Made by a program: the position numbers and the translations under genes. A stretch of 64,000 bases of DNA from positions 69,006,001 through 69,070,000 of the forward strand of contig OX597830.1 in assembly GCA_951406725.2 (NCBI GenBank). The letters run 5' to 3'. Positions within the stretch are counted from its first letter, which is position 1. Each line of letters begins with the position of its first letter. This DNA is from Octopus vulgaris (taxonomy: Eukaryota). Below are positions 1 through 13,089 of this stretch, in pieces. The notes beneath the pieces are model-generated. The model was not told where the DNA came from, made no database searches, and saw only the letters and a program-made list of their open reading frames with translations.

Positions 1-191
1 TCGTAAAGCATTGTCAAGGAGACCAGCGTTCTTTTAGAACAACGACTTCATGGCTTGAAGACACCAAAATTACCATCATTTTTTATTCCATTTTTAATGC
101 ATTTTTTTGCTATTTTTTTGCTATAACTCACTAAAAATGCTTATATAGTTATTTCCCTTACAAACCCGAGCAACGCCGGGCGATACTGCTA

Positions 192-192
<1 letters not shown>
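1..192 (+). mobile_element. Helitron-like 3' terminus
   Basis: GC-rich hairpin cccg-agcaacgc-cggg (165-180), then CTAG (189-192) followed by T, the canonical Helitron 3' end. Confidence 0.65.
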
Positions 193-240
<48 letters not shown>

Positions 241-399
241 TAGGGGAATGAATTATCCTATGTTTATTGTCAGCATGGAAAATTCGTTAAACCGAAACCT
301 GGGTAGCAAATTTCCGTCAGAAAACACGGTTGAAGCGACCTGTCAAGGGTAGAAACTCCGGGTTCATGTGTAGAAATTTGTGTGTTGTATATGAATAAA

Positions 400-1920
400 T
401 GAAAGAATGGAGTCGAACGAAGTTGTTAACAAAATTCCTTTACTCTCGACACATGTTTCGAAGACAGCATATTTTCATTCCGAAGGAATAAAGGGTGCAT
501 TATGCAATCTTCTCATCAGGAAAGAAAGGGACCCTCTCTCGACAACAAGACAAACAAAAATTTCGATGATTGCCTACATGGTAAACAAAGCGATAATGAG
601 TGTTTTTGTTTTAAAAAAACCGTTAGAAGAATAGACGTCAAAAATAGATAGTAGGAAGAGAAGGGATAAAGTAGTGGTAGTTAGGGAACAGTATGTTTGC
701 TGTATGCATGGAAATGTGTGGGTGTGTGCTTGTGTTAATGAGTGCGTGTGTTTGTGTGTGTGTGTATGTGTGTGTGTATAACTGCATTTGTGTCTCTGTG
801 TGTGATTGTGTGTGTGAGAGAGAGAGACAGACGTCAGAGATAGATAGTAGGAAGAGAAGGTATAAATGAATAATACGTAGGGAACAATTGGAGAGGGAAG
901 GGTACATTGATTGAAAGAATGTTCGAAGGCTTAGGAAAGAATTTCTCTATAGCAGTAGGGTGGACGTAAAGCTAATTGTTCAAACCACAGTGACTATCGT
1001 TATCATTTATATGAGTAGAAAGTGTGTTTCTGCCAATGTTTACATTTGTACGATTTTTCTATGAGTGTGTTTACTAGGGGAACCTTAGAGAAAATAATAT
1101 GGAAGAGTTCAGAGTTACAAATGTTACAAAATCTCCTGCCCTTATCAAAAGGAAAGGATACAGACAGTATGAACCAATCTAACTTGAAAATTATATTGTT
1201 GTCTTTGAGACGCCAAACTAATTTACTTAGCCCTGTGCTATGTCGTTTTTTACTATCCCTGAATGTTGAGTAGTGGTTTGAAATTCTTTTGGATAACTGG
1301 GAAGTGGACGCTCCTATATAGAAGAAGACATCGGTACCAGAAGAAATTCTACACTGGTAAATAGAATTCTTAATCTTAGAATTACTAGACAAAAATTTAA
1401 TTCTGTTGGTGTTGTCCTCCGAGATCGAGACGAAGTTTTTATTGTTATGATTGTTGTTACCATTATTATTAGCGCTAACAACTACACTATTTCTATTATT
1501 AGTAGTATTATTAATGGCATTACAACCAGTAATACCACCGACAATAATACCGTTATTGTTGTTACCATCAACACTACCATTGTTATTAACACGACTAATA
1601 CTATTATTAATATTATCATTGTTAACACTTTCGCTGCTACTATTAATACTATTCCTATTATTATGGTTGTATAATGGGTTGGAATTGGCAAGATTAGTGT
1701 TGGAACTCCCGGGTGAAGAATCTTTGTTTAACAGCTTGTTATTGTGGGAATATATAATTTGTGAAAGATTCCTAGTGTTAGAGAAAGCTATTCTGACCTT
1801 GTGGGAATTGATAATAGAATGATATCTAGAATTTCTGGGAAAGTTCCTAGCAACGGCTTCACGGAACTGTAAGGGAAGGTTCGATTTAATTTGTTTTCCG
1901 AAAGGTATTACAAACCAGAT
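400..1920 (-). mobile_element. 5'-truncated Penelope-like element (Neptune-like): RT C-terminus, GIY-YIG endonuclease, tail with hammerhead
   Basis: ORF 1003-1992: IWFVIPF..., KVRIAFSNT, SIYQC...FYIGAST..SKRISNHYSTFR, CNICNSE, CKH. The 5' end abuts (TA)n. Confidence 0.85.
437..529 (-). ncRNA. Type I hammerhead ribozyme
   Basis: Minus strand: ctttc CTGATGA gaaga...tcttc GAAAC atgt GTC^gagag. Stems I and II pair, stem III carries the palindrome ACATGT, and the core is intact. Confidence 0.8.
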
Positions 1921-2204
1921 AAATATATAATATATATATATATATATATATTTATAAATGATTGCCATCTGTTCGTGACCAAGGAAGATCATTGTTGACC
2001 TTCAGGAACATTGTGCGCTCTAGGGCAAACTTTTATTTTGCATTTACAGTTCGTTGGTGGCACAAGAGCCTTGCTCTTGTAAGTATATATGACTGCAAAC
2101 ATTCCAAACCAACCTTTCCCCATTCACTACGCTAGCAATACGCTTTTGAGCAGCGTGTTTAAATTCTTCATGAAGAATACGTACCCTTTCAAAAGAGAGG
2201 TTAT

Positions 2205-2385
2205 ATGGAGAACTTGTTAGTAGAAAGAGACCCTGACAGAAACCAAGGCTGCGATTTAAGGACTGTCAAGTCCTCATTAAAGGCTTGTGATATGCAGGAG
2301 ACCGACTGGGTGAGCAATGCCTGTCATCGCCACAGATGGAGGAGACAGGTTAAGGAGGGTGTCGATACCTTTGAAAGAGCACGTG
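2205..2385 (+). mobile_element. 3' end fragment of RTE (BovB-like) LINE
   Basis: RTVKSSLKACDM..TDW..NA.HR..WR..V.EGV..FE resembles an RTE C-terminus; followed by (TA)/(TATG)n. Confidence 0.6.
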
Positions 2386-2393
2386 TATATATA

Positions 2394-2429
<36 letters not shown>

Positions 2430-4039
2430 TGTATGTATGTATGTATGTATGTATGTATGTATGTATGTATCAGATTAGAACAAGAACACATTTGCTACTT
2501 TTTAATTACATATCATCCGTGCTTCGTTACAAGATAAGAGTTACTTAGCTATACTTGTTGAAAATCTCTTATCTGTAATTCTTCTGACTAACATTAAGAA
2601 ATAATACAAATTTACACTTTGTTATCTGTGTAGTGTGCTATGTTTTATATTTAATTAAGGTAATTTTCTTTCATTGAATTTACGTGAATTCACCAGGCTT
2701 TCTGAGATTCATGAGAATGAGACAATTAGCATTTCTCTATGCAGTGAGAGAATTTTAGAAAGTGAATGTTCTAGGAAGGGAAAGTGGGCGTAATGCTTAT
2801 AGCAAGGCTTAAAAGGGACGTGAGATGTGTGACGGAAGAGGCGAAATGATCTAGAGGTGCCACAAGAGCACCTGGCCATGAGAAAAAAAGGCCACTTCAA
2901 TAATGGTAAGAAGGCAGAGAGAGAGAGAGAGAGAGTGAGAGAGAAAAGTCTGCATGTCTCTGGATTAGACGTTCATTGAATACCTTCTAGTTAATCAGTC
3001 ACGTGGATATTTTTTCATATGTTTCAGGATATCTGTGTGTGTAGCAACTATAACATCCCATATATGAGAATTACATATATTTTGGGTTTCACCTGAGCTT
3101 AATAGCAGGTTTTTGAAGTTGATGAGATGAAATATTCTTTGGTTCTGAAGTGGAAAACTAGTCTATTCAATATCAATTTTATTATGCAAAATATTAGTAC
3201 TAAGAGAGCTCTTGGTCAATTCAAAATTGTTGAATCTATCAATCAGTATGTACCAGCTTTCTTAAGATTGCTTTTGAAACTAGGAGTTGAGATATATCAA
3301 TATTATTCTGATGGAGCTCATTGCACCTTACCATTGATAACTTTGACACTGCACTATTGTCAAAGGAGCCAACAAATATGGAGTTGTATTGGTGTAGAGG
3401 TCTGACGTTTACAATACTGAAGTCTGGCATCTCAGCAACCATCTTTCCTGTATCAGACTATCTAATAATTATATCCATTTCAACCAATAATTTGTCTTTG
3501 TCACAGTTCAAAGAATCGTAATATTTTGTGTGTGTGTTGTGTGTGTACGTGTTTTATAAGTGACTGTATTTTATACTCTCCAGTGTTGTTGGCAAAAAAT
3601 GTGGGGTTGATAGATGTTGCTTTACTTTCAATCTATTTAGGGGCCATGTTTCTTACTAATTTAAGTAGAACTGTGTTAATTTGGCAGCACTGTCTGTAAA
3701 GTCCTGGGAAGATGTGAGTGTTTATGTTAGTGTGCATATGAAGTTGACTATGTGTATTGAGGTTGAATAGGAAGAGATTGAAAACTTGTAGGAGAGAATG
3801 CATGCCCAACTGATTCCATATGGAAAATTAGTATCTGAAAGTGTTGTTCTTGTACACTACATAGACATGGCAGCTTGATAGATTGTTGGCTCACCAGCAT
3901 TTTGTATTGTTCGCTGGAGAGGGAGGAGAGAGATTGCAATATTTCCAGACTGCTATACTACGTACCATACATTTTGTAATTGAATGTCATAGTTAAAATG
4001 TACGGTAATGTAGGATACAGCCTAACCACCTGTATAGTT

Positions 4040-5280
4040 AATCGAGTTATTCAGTAAGACACCATCCTCAATGACTGGTGTAGTAGTTTTATAGTTAGCT
4101 GTAACAAGGATAAAGGTGATGCCTTATATAGAAACAACTACAAAGGTACCAAACTGCTAGACCAGGTCATGAAAGTTACTGAGAAGGTTATAATTCAGTT
4201 GATTAGGTATAGAATTAGTCTAGATGTGATGCAGTTTTGTTTTGTACCTGCCGCAGATACCATGTTCCAAATGAAACAGCTGCAGGAAACGTATTTGGCC
4301 CAAATTAACTTTCATTGACCTGGAGAAAGCTTTCGACAGATACCCCACTTTGTTATCTGCTGGTGTCTAAGGAAGTTAGGAATTGATCAGTGACTCGTTA
4401 AAGATGCACAAGCCCTGTAAGTGATGCAGTCAGTAAGGTGAAGTCGGCCATGAATACAGTGAGGAACTTAGCATACAAGTAGGGGTTCACCAATGTTCAG
4501 TTCTCAGCCCACACTTTTTCATTATAGTCCTCCAGACCATAACTGAGGAATTCAAAGCTGGATGCTAAAGAAAACTAATATACGCTGATGATCTTGGTCT
4601 TCTGGCCGAATCAATAGTAGAACTAGAGAAGAAATTTCAGGTACAGAAGAAAAACCTAGAATCAAAGGCCTTAAAGTTAACCTAGTAAAGAGCAAAGTTA
4701 TTGTTAACAAGAAAGCAGATAAGATTCTATTTCCATCATTTAAATTGGTCACTTTGTAGGAAAGTAGTGGGAAGTAATACCATTCATTACATCCAGTGTA
4801 AGCCAGGGACACATAAGAGGCGTAGTGGAATCAGAGGTAGATTAACAAATAAAGTCTTCGTATATGACATGTGCAGGAACAATAATCTCTAAAAGCACAG
4901 GGGACTTGGACTCTCTCAAATGCGCAGGAGGCTCTCTTGTGGTTGTAGATATTTTCTGTTACCTAGGTGACCAAATTAGCAATGCTCTGAAAATATTGTT
5001 TTCAAAATAAGAATAGGATGGAGGAAGTTCAGAGAACTATTACTTCTGTTGACAAGAAAAGGACTCTCTCTTTCTCAGAGTTAAAATAGATTAAATGATG
5101 CTTGTGTGCGAATGGCTATACTCCATGGTAGCGAGACATGGGCTATGAATGGCTATGAATATAGACAACATGCGTAGACTGGGGAAAAGTGTAATATCAG
5201 TGTGCATATATGACAAAGTGCAAACGTATTGAGAGAAAAGCTGGGCATAAGATGAAGCAAATGCAGCATGCAATTTCATG
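4040..5280 (+). mobile_element. Degraded RTE LINE RT fragment
   Basis: Frameshifted homolog of 22318-23518 (DLEKAFDR, G.HQCSVLSP, YADDL, LHGSETWA). Confidence 0.8.
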
Positions 5281-6111
5281 CCTTGCCCCTAGAGTAGAAA
5301 CGAACATTAGCCATATGGATTCTGTGAATCTAGTTGAATTGCAAAGTATCTATGAAACTGCCAAGTCTGATTCTTATCCTAAATGGCTGAGCCCTCATTG
5401 GATATGATTTTACAGAAACGCTAAATATACATGGATATGATTTGATATATTTATTTAATAACCTATTTTATATTGGTACAGTTGTAAATGTATATGTGTG
5501 AGGGAGTATGTGAATAGATCTATTTTTTAAGGTTTGATTCCTTATCTTTGTCACTTGCCTCTGTCACATAGCGTTTTTTCCACCTTTTCTGCCACTCTTA
5601 GGAATTTTCATCACATTACTACTTGTCTTTCTTTGAGAAATTACCTCTTTCTAAATTCTTACGTTTATTCTTTGCTTACCTCTCACCCTTTATCTCTGAC
5701 TGAATCAATTTCTCTTGGTATAACTTTTCAAATGCCATATAATTCCTTAAATTTTAGTTCCTTTTACATTTCCTTTATTCAATTTCATACAAAAACAATT
5801 TTTCTTCTATTTTTTGCCGATTTTGCAGATCACTTGATATATTTTGGCGAAAAATTGTAAGTCTTTTTAAATTCCTATATTTTATTTTCGCTTGATCTGT
5901 TTGCATGAATTGTGATGACTACTTTGTTGAGAATTTCATCAATGAATTTATATAAAACGAATGTTGTATATCTTGTTTATGAATATTTTAATATATTTTC
6001 ACACATTGGTACAAGTTATTATTTTTTTATTCTGATACACCAAACTATTATTCTTCAGACTAGAAGAGCCATCTATTATTTTTCCAATTAGTAGAACTGT
6101 CTTATTGGTAG

Positions 6112-6476
6112 ATCTATATATCTTTATCTTTACTTGTTTCAGTCATTTGACTGCGGCCATGCTGGAGCACCGCCTTTAGTTGAGCAAATCGACCCGGGAC
6201 TTATTCTTTGTAAGCCCAGTACTTATTCTATTGGTCTTATTGCCGAACCGCTATTGATGGGACGTAAACACACCAGCATCGGTTGTCAAGTGCTAGGGAG
6301 ACAAACACACAAACACACACACACACACATATATATATATACCAGGCTTTTTCAGTTTCCGTTGGAAATCCACTCACAAGGCATTGGTCGGCCCGGGGCT
6401 ATAGCAGAAGACACTTGCCCAAGATGCACGCTACTGAACCACCATGTGGTTGGTTAGTAGAGCCACTCCTGCGCCT
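6112..6476 (-). mobile_element. tRNA-derived SINE, family 1
   Basis: Reverse complement of the 46770-47150 SINE. Confidence 0.8.
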
Positions 6477-6624
6477 GTGTTATATATTTTATATATTTAC
6501 AGTAGGCTTCTATTTATTATAACATTATGGCCAGTGTAGTATTTTCCTTTTAGTATGGTTGGATACTGCTTTTAGTATTTGCAGCTATATATCACATATT
6601 AGTAGAGCCATAAATATATATGTT

Positions 6625-6740
<116 letters not shown>

Positions 6741-7046
6741 TCTATTTTTGAGATCAGTTATTTTATGTCACTTTGAAAAGTATATCTATCAAACAAGTGA
6801 CTAGTGTCGCCATCTCTAGCCGAACAATTATTCTATGTTGATGAAGGGAAATAAACCTGAAAGCATTGATACACAGATATTGCTTTGAGCTGAGTGAGGA
6901 CATTAAGCTCCCTTATTTGAAAGGGAATAGTGCGTCGTTAGCCAGCTGGAGACCATGTTTCCTGTGGCTAAATAACAGTAACATTCGTCCAAATCAGGAT
7001 TGTCACATTATGTTCGTAAAAAATCTTTACACGCACACACATATGC

Positions 7047-7077
<31 letters not shown>

Positions 7078-7084
7078 TGTCACC

Positions 7085-10000
7085 ATCATCATTTAATGTC
7101 CATTGTCCATGATGGCGTGAGTTGAACGGTTTTATCAGTGCTGGCAAGCTGGAGAGCTGCATCAGATTCCAGTCTGATTTGGCATGTTTTCTACAGCTGG
7201 ATGTCCTTCCTAACACCAACCACTTTATAGAGTGTGATGGGTGTTTTAAGTGGAACTGCACAAGCATGTTTACCTGGCATCAGCACAGGACTCTTGCAGA
7301 ACACTCGTCTCTTTTGGGGGAAGCGACTTCATCATTTCTGATGAGGGGTTGGGTCTTCCTAAGTACAATAAGGTGCAAGGCATCTAGGTCCTTTGTTATC
7401 TCGTCTGAAAATTTAAACCTCCTGAGGTCATTCTTAAGTACTTCATCCCATGTGTACCTGGTCCTCCCACTTCCACGTGTTCCATCAATTATAAGAGATC
7501 GACACTTCTTTATGGAGCTGTCAGTATCCATTTGCATCATATGACCAAACCAGCACACTCTTTGTCTTGTGTACTCCATCTAATTCTTCTTATGCCTAAC
7601 TTCTCTCTCAAAACACTAGGACTCTGATGAACATGTACACTTATATTTTACATCCAGTGGGGCATACTTGCCTCATTCCTCTCAAACCTTCACATGTCCT
7701 TTGCATTTAAGACCCACATCTCACTACCATGTATTTACTCTCCATGTACACGCATCATACAGTCTACCTTTTACTCGGAGAGAGAAACCTTTCCTAGCCA
7801 ACTGAGGTAAAATCTCACTGAATGTCCTCCATCCTATTCATATTCTAACCATCACACACTTTGTGCATCCCCTCACAACTAATTTGATCTGATAGGCATC
7901 AGAAATTACTACTTCTAACGGGCCTCCACAGCATTTGGAAGAATCAATTTCCTGAGTCTCAGTAATTTTTATGGATCCTGTACATCTTCTATATACAAAC
8001 ACTTCTGCCTCCAATAAACTTCCTATTAATCTACTGTACCTCATGTGTGGTCCATTACTTACACTGAGTGCAGTATATGAAGTTCTTGCCTACACTTTTC
8101 CTACAAATCGAGCAGGGCCACCTACCTGAAGTGTGTAGCGTCCTGACTGTTTTCTCGCTTACTAAGATCTTAGTCTTTGCTAAGATTACCGTAAATCCTT
8201 TAGTTTTCAGGTTTTGCTACCACACTTGTAATTTCTCTTCCAGCTCTGATATGGAATCTGCTATAAAGGCAAGATCACCAACATATAGCAACTCCCAGGG
8301 GTGGTCGGTTTTGAATTCCTTTGTTATGGCATGGAGGACAATGATGCAAAGGAGGAGACTGAGGAATGAGCCTTGATGAACACCAACCTTTACACCAATT
8401 CTTCACTGTACTCGTGGTTAACTCACACCTTACTAATAACATCTCTGTACGTATCCTGTGCAGTGTTCCCAAGCCACTCATCTATCACTCAATTCCTCAG
8501 AACCCACCATATTACACAGCAGAGTATTCTATCGAAGACTCTGTCTAAATCAACGAATGCCAAATGTATTAGTTTATTCTTAGCTAAGTACTTCTCTTGC
8601 AGTTTGCCTGACTAAGAAAATAACATCGGTAGTGCTTCTTCCCCGGAAGAAACCAAACAGCATTTAGTCTAGGCTAATTCAGCTCCTAATTAATAGGGCT
8701 ATAATTCTCTTCGTAATTTTCCTCGCCTGGTCTAGGAGTGTGATAACTCTATAATTGCTTCTATTAAAAGCATAACCCTTACCCTTGTAGCAGCTAACAA
8801 TAAAGCTGCTATGCCAGTCACTGAGCATTACACCCTCCTGAATGACCTGACTAAATATGCGGGTGACAAATCCATATCCTACCTAACCGGATAATTTGAG
8901 TATCTAGTCAGTAATTCCGGATGGACCAGTTTACATGCCTTTAATTGCTTTCTGTACCATACTGCTGTTGACTAGGATAGCTGGCCCTTCTGTTGGGTTC
9001 CTGTGTGGAGATTCCTTTATCCTATTCATTCTCCGCATTCACAACTCTTGCATAGTAACTTTTCCATGTATCCTTCTTGTTCACATTATCCATCCATACA
9101 CACGTCTCTCCCACATTGTCTCGATTCTTTCTGGCTCATTGTCTAGCAATCCAGAACATTTACAGTCTCTAGTCTTTTCTACTTCTACCCTTGCTAGATA
9201 CCTGATGTTTAGCTTTCTGATATGATTCTTTGCCACCCTTTCTTTTCCACTCTCTCTAGACCCATCTCTTCTGTTTTATGGCCATGGCAACGTCACTATT
9301 CTACACCACATATATCTATCATCATTGGTCTGGATGAGGCTTTGTCACCAACCAAAAACTTGGTCTGTTGCTCTTCCGTAGGAACTTCCAGTTGTTCTCT
9401 GTGTCATGTCTTTTCCGCTTATTCTTTCTCATCAAAGGCCTCATTAAGGACATATCTAAATTTTTGCTCTCTTGGAGGATCCTTAAGCTTCTACAACATT
9501 TTTTCGATATTGGCTTGTGTCTCTGGATCTTTCTGTCCCAAAGCCTGAAGTCACCAACCACTAGCTTATACTGAGTTGTACATTCTTCACCTGGATAAGA
9601 TTTTGCATTTATGAGCATATATCTATCCCTGTGTCTGATGAGGATGTAGTCAATCTGACTGGTGTATCCCCCAGATTGATAAATGGTTGGCTGGTTTTCT
9701 GAAGTTAGTGTTACAGACCAGTAAGCCATGAGCATCACAAAACCCCAATAGCCTTGTCTCCTCCTTATTTTCGGTGGTTGGTGTTAGGAAGGGCATCCAG
9801 CTGTAGAAACACTGCCAGATTAGACTGGTTCAGCCTCCTGGCTTCCCAGACCCCGGTCGAAGCGTCCAACCAATGCCAGCATGGAAAACGGACGTTAAAC
9901 GATGATGATGATATATACAAGGGCAAACAATATCAATCATACATATCAATCAGAGTGTTTTCCAACATGTCCATTGAATTCTACTCTCATGAAGAGAATG

Positions 10001-10400
10001 TCGCCGTCTTTCATCGTCGAGGTAGTCGTTAGAAGGGATTCGTAGAAGTGGTCCTTCTGAGTATCTGCGAGTCCCGCGTGTGGAAATAACTGACAATTAT
10101 CTCAAACAAGGCTATTCTTAGCTTAATAATCCTATCACATACCCTGACTACCTCGATCACCTTATCCATCCATTTCTCCACTGGTAGAATACCTACGCCA
10201 CTTATGACTTCATTGTTGCCTACTCTGAAAAATGTGCATCTATGCCCTTTGCTCATAAGCAGTCTAGCAGAGGATCCCCTTCATCGTACCTCTTGGGTAC
10301 AACATACATTTACATGTCTCCACTCAAGCATCTCGACAATCTCTCCATACCAACCTTTCATAGTGCCAACATTGATTGTGATATCTCAGAGCTTCTAGAA
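7085..10400 (-). mobile_element. Degraded, nearly full RTE LINE (APE + RT + 3' tail with (GAT)n), interrupted at ~9740-10050
   Basis: APE motifs (SQIDYIL, GVGIL..EKW), RT motifs, C-terminal GRGSGRTRYTWDEV; tail shared with 23960-24135. Confidence 0.85.
9773..9912 (+). mobile_element. RTE 3'-tail repeat (SINE-like) ending in (GAT)n
   Basis: gtggttggtgttaggaagggcatccagctgtagaaac...gttaaacgatgatgatg. Other copies at ~11990-12230, 21780-22025, 27510-27750, 47760-47980 (+) and 16610-16690 (-). Confidence 0.8.
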
Positions 10401-10726
10401 ATGGGAAGAAGGTTGGAGAAATATTCTGAAAAGAAAAACGTTTCTTCTGAAAAGAAAAACATTTTAAAGACCAAAGGCCAGGAGGCTGCTGGTCCCTGTG
10501 CTTAGTTTCAAAAATATCACAATTACAGTTTCAATTTCCTTTAGTCCAAGAAATCCTTAATGGGTACGCATATACATTACAACTAGTTTGGCATTATTTG
10601 CCTATCAATTGAAATAGCGAAGGAGGGACGATGATAGATGGATAGAGACAGAGAGAGTGAGAGAGAATGTACCCGTTGCAAAGGCAAAAGAAAAGGGAAT
10701 ACACACACACACACATCTATATATAT

Positions 10727-10819
<93 letters not shown>

Positions 10820-10821
<2 letters not shown>

Positions 10822-11700
10822 GCACTTACGAAGCTTAGGGCTAAAAGCAGAGGGTAAAGGCTTCATATTAGCTGTTCAAGACCAAAGCTTATTAACCTGG
10901 AACTATCAAGCCAATGTGATAAAAAATGGAGCTGACCCAAAATGCCAATTCTGTAACGATGAGATTGAAACTATAGACCACCTAATCTCAGGGTGTAGAG
11001 TCTTAGCACCTGTAGAATAAAAAGCAAGACATGACAGAGTCGGCCAGTATTTACATTGGACAATATGTCGGCATTATAAAATTAAATCCGCTGACAAATG
11101 GTATAAGCACTATCCTCAAGCTGTGACTGAGGGACAAAATGTGTCGATTCTATGGGACTTCACCATACATACTGACAAAACTATAAAAGCTAATAAACCG
11201 GATATTATTATAAAAGATCAGACAAAAAGGATGTGTTTATTAATTGACATGAGTATTCCTTGCGATCAGAATATAGCAGCGAAAGAATTTGACAAGATCA
11301 GTAAATATAAAGACTTGATAATAGAAATTGAAAAAAATGTGGCATCTTAAGGCGGCTACTGTACCAGTGATTGTAGGATCTCTACGAATGATAAAAAAAA
11401 GGTACTGAAACCTATTTGAAAATGATACCAGGCTTACCATCCCTACAGGAATTGCAAAAAATCGTATTAACTGGAATGGCTCCTGTACTAAGAAGAGCAT
11501 TATCGCTGTGAAAACATCAATTCATGAATTTATTTATTTATTAATTTTTAGATACATATTCTACCTGTGAATTTGCATGTGTAATCTGGGAATGCATACA
11601 ATGAGCTTCTCTGCCCTAGGTGTGCGGAAAACACTTGGCGAGAAACGGAAGAAAATTTGAAGAAAGAAGGAAAAAATGACAATAATAAAATGACAACAAA
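10820..11700 (+). mobile_element. R4/Dong-like RLE LINE, 3' fragment
   Basis: C-x-x-C...ETIDHLISGC zinc knuckle, ILWDF, NKPDIII restriction-like endonuclease, K..KY.DL, PVIVG. Confidence 0.88.
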
Positions 11701-11851
11701 TAAATGAGACCCCAATATTAGGTAAATAGAGGAATTTATATATGTATAGTTTAGGACAATCAGTAAATTGTCATAATAGGACTCAGAATGCCGGAGCTAA
11801 GCTATTAGAATAACTTTCCATATATTCAAACGTTTTTTTATTGCGTCGGTT

Positions 11852-11922
11852 GTCATCATAGCTGATGAGAATGGATCGTAGCTCTTAGCTCTGGCATTTG
11901 AAACTCTGAGTCCTATTATGAC
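11852..11922 (+). ncRNA. Type I hammerhead ribozyme inside an inverted-repeat cassette (11741-11950)
   Basis: gtcatcatag CTGATGA gaatg...cattt GAAAC tctga GTC^ctattatgac. Stem I pairs at 9/10 positions, stem II is 5 bp, and the core is intact. Confidence 0.82.
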
Positions 11923-11945
11923 AACTTACAGATTGTCCTAAACTA

Positions 11946-11976
<31 letters not shown>

Positions 11977-12504
11977 GCTTATATATATATGGCACGTAAA
12001 AAGCACCAACCGATCGTGGCCGTTGCCAGCCTCCCCTGGCACCTGTGCCGGTGGCACATAAAAAGCACCCACTACACTCACAGAGTGGTTGGTGTGAGGA
12101 AGGGCATCCAGCTGTAGAAACACTGCCAGATCAGACTGGAGCCTGGTGCAGCCTCCTGGCTTCCCAGACCCCGGTCGAAGCGTCCAACCCATGCCAGCAT
12201 GGAAAACGGACGGTAAACGATGATGATGATATATATATATATACAAGGGCAAACAATTCGTGAGAAGAAAAATGTAATTCTCGAAAATTAATTTGCTTAG
12301 ACATTATTAATTTTGTTATCATCTGGAATGACTATTATAAAAAGGATAATAACAGAATCAATAATATAGGCGACTGCAAGCCCTGAAAAAGCATTAAATA
12401 GCTGAAGGATTATAATTAGAATTAAGTTATCATCAGTGTTAATTTTTGGCAATTTAAATAAGAGTTTTGACTGTTATTTCCAGCAGACAGACATACATAT
12501 ATAT

Positions 12505-12847
12505 TCTTTTATTTCTTTTATTCTTTTACTTGTTTCAGTCATTTGACTGTGGTCATGCTGGAGCACCACCTTTAGTCGAGCAAATCAACCGCAGGACTTA
12601 TTTTTTGTAAGCCTAGTACTTATTCTATCGGTCGCTTTTTACCGAACCGCTAAGTTATGGAGACATAAACACACAAGCATCGGATGTCAAGCGATGTTGT
12701 GGGGGACAAACACAGACATACAAACACACACACTCACATATATATAAGATGGGCTTCTTTCAGTTTCTGTCTACCAAATCCACTCACAAGGCTTTGGTCG
12801 GCCTGAGGCTATAGTAGAAGACACTTGCCCAAGGTGCCACGCTGTGG

Positions 12848-12851
<4 letters not shown>
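12505..12851 (-). mobile_element. tRNA-derived SINE, family 1 (head truncated)
   Basis: Homologous to 6112-6476 and 46770-47150. Confidence 0.8.
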
Positions 12852-12896
<45 letters not shown>

Positions 12897-12979
12897 CTGA
12901 AATTTATAGAAAAATAAAGACGATGACAGGTGTATGAAAAACAAGCAAGTGTATTAATTTGAAGAACGGGAAAAATAAA

Positions 12980-13020
12980 AAGTCTTTTACGTTTCAAGCC
13001 TACGCTCTTCAACAGAAGAG
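12980..13020 (-). ncRNA. Degenerate minimal hammerhead motif
   Basis: Minus strand: TTGAAGA gcgtaggctt GAAAC GTA aaagac. C3>U, stem I weak. Confidence 0.4.
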
Positions 13021-13089
13021 AATAAGAGAAAATAAACAGAGAGAGAATGAAAAGAGCTTGTAGAATTCAGCAAATCAACATGGACCAGG

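Noticed and set aside
325-372. Hammerhead-like ttgaagc...gaaac (also 6832-6876)
   Set aside because: Multiple core and stem defects; too degenerate to call.
1447-1822. Leu/Ile-rich ORFs that look like membrane proteins
   Set aside because: Alternative frames or antisense of the Asn-rich Penelope linker.
3018-3060. Acceptor-like gtttcag as a possible upstream TRPM exon
   Set aside because: No TRPM-like peptide or matching donor; the gene's first exon(s) could not be located.
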